Origin: Gemmatimonadota bacterium
GTDB lineage: Bacteria; Gemmatimonadota; Gemmatimonadetes; JACCXV01; JAHWKZ01
NCBI GenBank assembly: GCA_035513155.1
Contig: DATKCO010000022.1
Coordinates: forward strand, 18,117 to 82,116
Direction: 5' to 3'
DNA length: 64,000 bases
Made by a program: the position numbers and the translations under genes. The notes under the pieces are model-generated. The model saw nothing but the letters and a program-made list of their open reading frames with translations, had not been told where the DNA came from and did not search any database. The first letter of the stretch is position 1. Each line of letters begins with the position of its first letter. Positions 59,064 through 64,000 of the stretch are shown in pieces.

Positions 59064-61103
59064 CTACGCCATAAACCAGGGGGCGAGGACGAGGGACACC
59101 ACGCTCATCAGCTTGATCAAAATGTTCATCGACGGTCCCGACGTATCCTTGAACGGATCCCCCACCGTATCCCCGACGACCGCCGCCTTGTGGGCGTCCG
59201 ATCCCTTGCCGCCCAGGAACCCGCTCTCGATGTACTTCTTCGCGTTGTCCCAGGCGCCACCGGCATTGGCCATGAACAGCGCCATCAGGACGCCCGTAAG
59301 CGTCGCTCCGGCGAGCATGCCACCCAGCGCCGCCACCCCCATCACCTTTCCGACGATGACGGGCGCGACGACGGCGATGACTCCCGGCACGATCATCTCC
59401 CGCAGGGCGGCGCGGGTCGAGATGTCCACGCAGCGCGCACTGTCGGGCTTCGCCTTCCCTTCCATGAGGCCGGGGATCTCGCGGAACTGACGTCGCACCT
59501 CTGCGACCATGCCCTCGGCGGCGCGACCCACCGCGGTCATCGTCAGAGCGGCGATCAGGAACGGCAGGAAGCCTCCGATGAAGAGCCCAATCACGACATT
59601 GGGGTCGATGATGTTGATCCCGGTCTCCCGCAGCCCGACCGCCGAGGCATAGGCCGAGAACAGGGCCAGAGCCGTCAGGGCCGCCGATCCGATGGCGAAT
59701 CCCTTGCCGATCGCGGCCGTGGTGTTGCCGAGCGCGTCGAGGCCGTCCGTGATGGCGCGCACCTCCTTGCCGAGCCCGCTCATCTCCGTGATCCCGCCCG
59801 CGTTGTCCGCGATCGGGCCATAGGCGTCGACCGACATCGTGACACCCACGGTGGCCAGCATCCCCACGGCCGCGATCCCGATACCGTACAGACCCGCGGC
59901 CTGGAACGAGACCCAGATCGCTCCGCAGATCAGCCCCACGGGGATCACCACCGACTCCATTCCCACAGCCAGCCCGGCGATGATGTTCGTCGCCGAACCG
60001 GTCTCGGAGGCGGCCGCGATGCGGCGGACCGGCTTGGACGACGTGTAGTACTCGGTCGCGAGCCCGATCAGGATCCCGACCAGCGTTCCCGACAGGAGCG
60101 CCCAGAAGGGCCCCGCGACCCCATAGTCGGGGTTGCCGGCGAACACGTCCGCCCGGGCGATCACGAAGTAGGCGGCCACCAGGAACAGGCCCGCGGCGAT
60201 GAACGTCGTGTTGCGCAGGGCCCCGGCCGGGTTCGTCCGTTCCAGCAGCTTCATCGCGCCGACGCCGATCAGCGACGCGATCAGCCCCACAACGATGAGC
60301 AGGATCGGCAGCGTGATGCCGGCCATGCGCTGCTCGGGGAGGATGAGCGGGCTGGTCGCCGCGATCGCGATCGTGGCGATGACCGCGCCCACGTACGACT
60401 CGAAGATGTCCGCGCCCATGCCGGCGACATCGCCGACGTTGTCCCCCACGTTGTCGGCGATCGTAGCCGGGTTCCGCGGGTCGTCCTCCGGGATCCCGGC
60501 CTCGACCTTGCCGACCAGGTCGGCACCCACGTCGGCGGCCTTGGTGTAGATCCCGCCGCCCACGCGGGCGAACAGGGCGATCGACGACGCGCCCATGGCG
60601 AACCCCGAGATGATCTCCGCGAACCCCCGGAACGCTTCCTCGGTGCCGGCCGCCCGGCCGACCCACAGGAACACGAGCCCGATCCCGAGCAGGCCGAGGG
60701 AGGCGACCGACAGGCCCATCACGCTTCCGCCGAAGAACGCGATCCGGAGCGCCGGGCCCTGGCCCTGGGAGCGGGCCGCCTCCGAGGTGCGGACGTTGGC
60801 CTCGGTGGCCGCGCTCATGCCGAAGAGGCCGGCCAGGATCGAGCACGCCGCGCCGGCGACGTAGGCTCCCGCTGTTCGCCACCCAACGGCCAGGCCGAGC
60901 AGGACGGCCACGACGGCGACGAAGGGCAGAAGCACGGAGTACTCCCGCTTGAGGAACGCCATGGCGCCGGAGCGGATCTGCTCGGCGAGGTCGCGCATGA
61001 CCTCGTTCCCCGAGGACTGCTTCTTCAGGTATACGTAAATGCCCCACGCCACGACGAGCCCCAGCAGGCCCCAGGCGGGAGCCGACGATGCGAACGTCTC
61101 CAC
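59064..61103 (-). CDS. hppA: Membrane-bound pyrophosphate-energised cation pump (K+-dependent subtype by motif)
   Basis: [26 protein letters not shown] and [17 protein letters not shown] (Ala form of the K+-dependence determinant). The GTG at 61103 is preceded by AGGAG. The 217 upstream codons of the track ORF overlap pth and are rejected. Confidence 0.9.
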   Translation of the reverse strand: METFASSAPAWGLLGLVVAWGIYVYLKKQSSGNEVMRDLAEQIRSGAMAFLKREYSVLLPFVAVVAVLLGLAVGWRTAGAYVAGAACSILAGLFGMSAATEANVRTSEAARSQGQGPALRIAFFGGSVMGLSVASLGLLGIGLVFLWVGRAAGTEEAFRGFAEIISGFAMGASSIALFARVGGGIYTKAADVGADLVGKVEAGIPEDDPRNPATIADNVGDNVGDVAGMGADIFESYVGAVIATIAIAATSPLILPEQRMAGITLPILLIVVGLIASLIGVGAMKLLERTNPAGALRNTTFIAAGLFLVAAYFVIARADVFAGNPDYGVAGPFWALLSGTLVGILIGLATEYYTSSKPVRRIAAASETGSATNIIAGLAVGMESVVIPVGLICGAIWVSFQAAGLYGIGIAAVGMLATVGVTMSVDAYGPIADNAGGITEMSGLGKEVRAITDGLDALGNTTAAIGKGFAIGSAALTALALFSAYASAVGLRETGINIIDPNVVIGLFIGGFLPFLIAALTMTAVGRAAEGMVAEVRRQFREIPGLMEGKAKPDSARCVDISTRAALREMIVPGVIAVVAPVIVGKVMGVAALGGMLAGATLTGVLMALFMANAGGAWDNAKKYIESGFLGGKGSDAHKAAVVGDTVGDPFKDTSGPSMNILIKLMSVVSLVLAPWFMA

Positions 61104-61114
61104 GGCGTCTCCTC

Positions 61115-61693
61115 TTACGAAGGTTCCGGGTTGTATCGGTTCATGGCGATCAGCAGGTCCTCGGTCACCGCGCACTCGACGGCCTCGGCGGCCCGTACCA
61201 CGGCTTCGTCCACGATCGGCCGCTCGTGCCGGCGGAACGGCGACAGCACGAACTCGGATCCGTCCTCGATCGCCCGGTCCTCGGGCGCGATCCCGACCCT
61301 GAGGCGCGGAAAGTCGGTCGTTCCGAGCCGCTGAATGATCGAGCGCATTCCGTTGTGGCCGCCGTGCGAGCCGGCGGGCCGCAGCCGGATCCGTCCCAGC
61401 GGGAGCGCGAGGTCGTCGTAGCAGACCAGGATCTCTCCCGGCTCGCATTCGAGGTCGTCGCGCAGCTCCCTCACGGCAACCCCCGACCGGTTCATCCACG
61501 TCAGCGGCTTGACCAGCTCGATCTCCCGACCTCCCGCCGTCGCCCTCGACTGGAACCGCGCGCCCGAGCGGCGCCAGCGAACGGCCTTCCACCGCTCGAC
61601 CAGCCGGTCCACGATCCAGAACCCGAGATTGTGGCGGGTGTCTTCGTACTCCGGGCCGGGATTCCCCAGCCCGACGACGGCACGCAGGGCCAG
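61115..61693 (-). CDS. pth: Peptidyl-tRNA hydrolase
   Basis: Reading the frame upstream of the track start gives [24 protein letters not shown], the conserved Pth N-terminus, followed by HGGHNG. The only in-frame start candidates upstream of GLGNPG are CTG at 61693 or 61687. Confidence 0.8.
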   Translation of the reverse strand: MALRAVVGLGNPGPEYEDTRHNLGFWIVDRLVERWKAVRWRRSGARFQSRATAGGREIELVKPLTWMNRSGVAVRELRDDLECEPGEILVCYDDLALPLGRIRLRPAGSHGGHNGMRSIIQRLGTTDFPRLRVGIAPEDRAIEDGSEFVLSPFRRHERPIVDEAVVRAAEAVECAVTEDLLIAMNRYNPEPS

Positions 61694-61698
61694 GGCCG

Positions 61699-62388
61699 CT
61701 ACTCTTTCTCTTCCTCGCGTTCCCGCTTGGACCGCCCGGCCTCCTCTTCCTCACCGTCCTCCGGCTTGCCGCGGCCGATCACCTCGGGCTCGAGGTCCTC
61801 CTCCTCGGGCTCCTCCTCCTCCTCCTCAATGACGGTGGGAGCGAGGACGGCGACCACGGAGCGATCGAGATCGGTCAGGATCTCGATGTCCGGAAGCGTG
61901 ATGTCCCGCACGTGGACGGAGTCGCCGATGTCGAGCTCGCTGACGTCGATCTCCACCTTCTCGGGGATGTTGCCGGGCAGGCAGTAGACCTCGAGCTCCC
62001 GCAACTGGTGGTCGAGCACTCCGCCCTTGTTCTTGACCCCTGTCGAGACTCCCGTGACCAGGATGGGGATCTCCACCTGGATCTTCTCGTCCATCGCGAC
62101 GTGGAAGAAGTCGATGTGCAGGAATTCATCACGAAAGGGGTGCTTCTGAAGCTCCCGGATCAGGACCTTGTAGGACTCTCCGTCCATGTCCAGATCCAGG
62201 ATCGTGTTATCCACCGAGATCGTCGAGACGAGCTTCTGCAGCTCGCGGGCATCCACGCTCAACGCCACCGACTCCTCGCCGTGGCCGTAGAGGATGCCCG
62301 GCACCCTTCCACCCCTGCGCGCCGTGCGCGCCGCTCCTTTGCCGATTTCGTCGCGCGTCTGTGCGTTGATCGTTGCGGCTCTAGCCAT
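61699..62388 (-). CDS. rplY: 50S ribosomal protein bL25 / general stress protein Ctc
   Basis: The ATG at 62388 is preceded by [28 protein letters not shown]..., two-domain Ctc form with a long acidic C-terminal tail. Confidence 0.9.
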   Translation of the reverse strand: MARAATINAQTRDEIGKGAARTARRGGRVPGILYGHGEESVALSVDARELQKLVSTISVDNTILDLDMDGESYKVLIRELQKHPFRDEFLHIDFFHVAMDEKIQVEIPILVTGVSTGVKNKGGVLDHQLRELEVYCLPGNIPEKVEIDVSELDIGDSVHVRDITLPDIEILTDLDRSVVAVLAPTVIEEEEEEPEEEDLEPEVIGRGKPEDGEEEEAGRSKREREEEKE

Positions 62389-62416
62389 GCCGAAGCTCCT
62401 TCGTGAATGAGCCGGC

Positions 62417-63361
62417 TCAATCCGGGAACAGCGACGAGACCGACTGGTATTCGTGAGTGTACTTGATCGACTTGCCCAACAGGCCCGCGATGGAAAGCAC
62501 CTGGAGACTCGGGAACCGCCGGTCCTCCGGAATGTGAAGGGTGTTCGCGACACACACCTCCTTGAACGGCGCGTCCTGCAACCTGCGCGTCGCATCGCGC
62601 GACAGCAGCGCATGGGTCGCACAGCCGTAGACCGCCACCGCTCCGTTCCGCTCCAGCGCGTGGGCCGCCTGCGCGAAGGTCCCCGCCGTATCAATCATGT
62701 CGTCGATCAGGATCGCGGTCTTCCCCTCGACCTCGCCCACAAGATGGACGACCTCGGCTTCGTTCGGCTTCGGACGGCGCTTGTCGATCAGCGCCATCGA
62801 GGCGTCCATGCGGCGCGCGAACCCCCGCGCCATCTTCGCCGCGCCCACGTCGGGCGCCACCACCACGACGTCTCCTAGGTCCTTCGCCCGGAAGTACTCG
62901 AGGAACACGGGCGAGGCGTACAGGTGATCGACGGGAATGTCGAAGAACCCCTGGACCTGGTGCGAGTGCAGGTCGATCGTGATCATCCGGTCCGCCCCCG
63001 AGTTGACCAGCATGTTGGCGATCAGCTTCGCGCTGATCGCCACCCGCGGCTGATCCTTGCGATCGGCGCGCGCGTACCCGAAGTAGGGCACCACGGCCGC
63101 GATGCGGTGCGCGGATGCCCGGCGTGCGGCGTCGATCAGGAGCAGCAGCTCCATCAGGTTGTCGGCCGGGGGGTTCGTGGCCTGGATGATGAAGACGTCC
63201 CGGCCGCGGACGTTTTCGTTGATCTTTACGAAGATCTCCCCGTCGGCGAAGCGGTTCACCTCCACGTCGGTCAGCCGCGTTCCCATCTGCTCGGCGATCT
63301 CCCGCGCCAGATCGGGATTCGCGCTGCCGGTCAGCAGCCGGAGTTCGTGGTTGGCGCCCAA
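62417..63361 (-). CDS. prs: Ribose-phosphate pyrophosphokinase
   Basis: FADGEIFVKINENVRGRDVFIIQ, PYFGYARADRK, and the DDMIDTAGT PRPP-binding motif. TTG start. Confidence 0.9.
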   Translation of the reverse strand: MGANHELRLLTGSANPDLAREIAEQMGTRLTDVEVNRFADGEIFVKINENVRGRDVFIIQATNPPADNLMELLLLIDAARRASAHRIAAVVPYFGYARADRKDQPRVAISAKLIANMLVNSGADRMITIDLHSHQVQGFFDIPVDHLYASPVFLEYFRAKDLGDVVVVAPDVGAAKMARGFARRMDASMALIDKRRPKPNEAEVVHLVGEVEGKTAILIDDMIDTAGTFAQAAHALERNGAVAVYGCATHALLSRDATRRLQDAPFKEVCVANTLHIPEDRRFPSLQVLSIAGLLGKSIKYTHEYQSVSSLFPD

Positions 63362-63437
63362 CCCTCGCCTCTCGTTCTCCCGCGGTGCCGATTGTGTCGT
63401 GGATCGTAGAGAGCAACGTCCGATCAGCAGCCACGGA

Positions 63438-63466
63438 AGTTAATCGGCCGGTCGAAGGAGCGTCAA
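63438..63466 (-). promoter_or_regulatory. Candidate promoter for the prs-rplY-pth operon
   Basis: Minus strand: TTGACG (63461-63466), 17 nt, TTAACT (63438-63443). The -10 is weak. Confidence 0.2.
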
Positions 63467-63639
63467 CCTGACCGTTTCCGCTATCTTGGCGCCCGGAAAC
63501 CATGGGCATCTCATCCGATCTCGCGATCCGCGACGACCTCTATGGTCGAGGAACGACAGGCCGGCCGCGAGCTCCTCACAAAGGCGTTCACCGGTGACCT
63601 CGTGCCGGCGTCCGGCCCGGCGAACGACCCGCCGACCGC

Positions 63640-64000
63640 CTAGCCCGGAATGGGGCTCTCCTCGATCGCCAGCGAGACGTCGAGCTCGAGGTCGGGAGCC
63701 AGCGTGTGGAGCACCGAGCAGTACGTGGACCGGCTGAGCTCCACGGCGCGCTCGACGCGCGGCCGCGACAGCCCGCGGCCCACCACGCGGAAGCCGAGCC
63801 GGATCGAGGTGAACCGCCGTGGCGGGTCCATCCGGCGCTCCCCGGCGACCTCGATGTCGCACCGGTCCACCTCCTGGCGACCCTTGCGCAGGATGTCGAC
63901 GACGTCGATCCCCATGCAGGCGGCCAGCGATGCCAGCAGCCCTTCGGTCGGGGACGCGCCCCGCTCGCGCGTCCCGTCGAACGGGAGCTCGTGCCCGTCC
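63640..64000 (-). CDS. OsmC/Ohr family peroxiredoxin-like protein (5' end beyond the right edge)
   Basis: ...PTEGLLASLAACMGIDVVDILRKGRQ...AVELSRSTYCSVLHTL carries the two conserved Cys contexts of OsmC. The frame is open to position 64000. Confidence 0.75.
   Translation of the reverse strand, partial: DGHELPFDGTRERGASPTEGLLASLAACMGIDVVDILRKGRQEVDRCDIEVAGERRMDPPRRFTSIRLGFRVVGRGLSRPRVERAVELSRSTYCSVLHTLAPDLELDVSLAIEESPIPG

Noticed and set aside
59064-61754. An 896-aa version of the pyrophosphatase ORF.
   Set aside because: The first 217 codons are Arg/Gly/Pro-rich and overlap pth on the same strand. A GTG with an AGGAG Shine-Dalgarno at 61103 gives the canonical ~680-aa pump.
63362-63639. A 278-nt gap upstream of prs, examined for a tRNA, small RNA or small ORF (63486..63737 +, and a 32-codon ATG ORF at about 63502).
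   Set aside because: I could not recognise a cloverleaf or a conserved RNA motif by eye. The ORFs are Arg/Pro/Ser-rich without a Shine-Dalgarno. I treat the gap as a promoter and leader region.
1-64000. A check for mobile elements, prophage, defence islands, CRISPR arrays and rRNA or tRNA genes across the window.
   Set aside because: I found no integrase, transposase, recombinase, phage structural, restriction-modification, toxin-antitoxin or cas-like proteins among the supported ORFs. I noticed no compositional island. The UvrD-like helicase and ComM-like ATPase are adjacent but look like standard housekeeping forms.

Overview
This is a GC-rich bacterial chromosomal segment. Third codon positions are almost uniformly G/C, which produces many long 'shadow' ORFs in the track. 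I support about 60 protein-coding genes, mostly on the minus strand. They are tightly packed, with frequent 4-nt ATGA/GTGA/TTGA stop-start overlaps.

The content is mainly housekeeping:
- Ribosomal proteins: bS21, bS6, bS18, bL9, bL25.
- RsfS, Pth, Prs, YchF, TsaD, Dcd, SMC, Fur and Ada.
- The polyamine enzymes PdaD and SpeB.
- A membrane pyrophosphatase.
- A TolC/MFP/RND efflux operon.
- BolA with a monothiol glutaredoxin.
- A P450 with a flavoprotein disulfide reductase.
- A sigma-54 activator next to a prepilin peptidase.
- A GGDEF plus HD-GYP protein.
- A T9SS-type cargo protein with a PorV-like outer-membrane protein.

I recognised no rRNA, tRNA, CRISPR array, transposase, integrase or phage genes. 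The gene content suggests an FCB-group or Gemmatimonadota-like organism, but that is inference only.

The most notable signal is non-coding. A roughly 120-nt imperfect-palindrome repeat occurs four times, always in the same orientation, and each copy abuts the stop codon of a minus-strand gene. Substitutions between copies are compensatory. The folding features are strand-specific and work only on the plus strand.

Secondary points of interest:
- A BlaI/BlaR1-like operon whose sensor carries about ten HEAT repeats and which continues into TlpA/CcdA. It has a clear promoter and palindromic operator.
- A Fur-linked T9SS cargo and PorV pair.
- A 1083-aa outer-membrane protein combining an HExxH domain, a PD40 propeller and an Omp85-like barrel.
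- A SPOR protein with a P-loop-less ParA-like domain, directly upstream of smc.
- A pth gene that appears to need a CTG start.

Coordinates for refined starts come from the ORF-track frames plus my own reading of the sequence. Starts may be off by a few codons.
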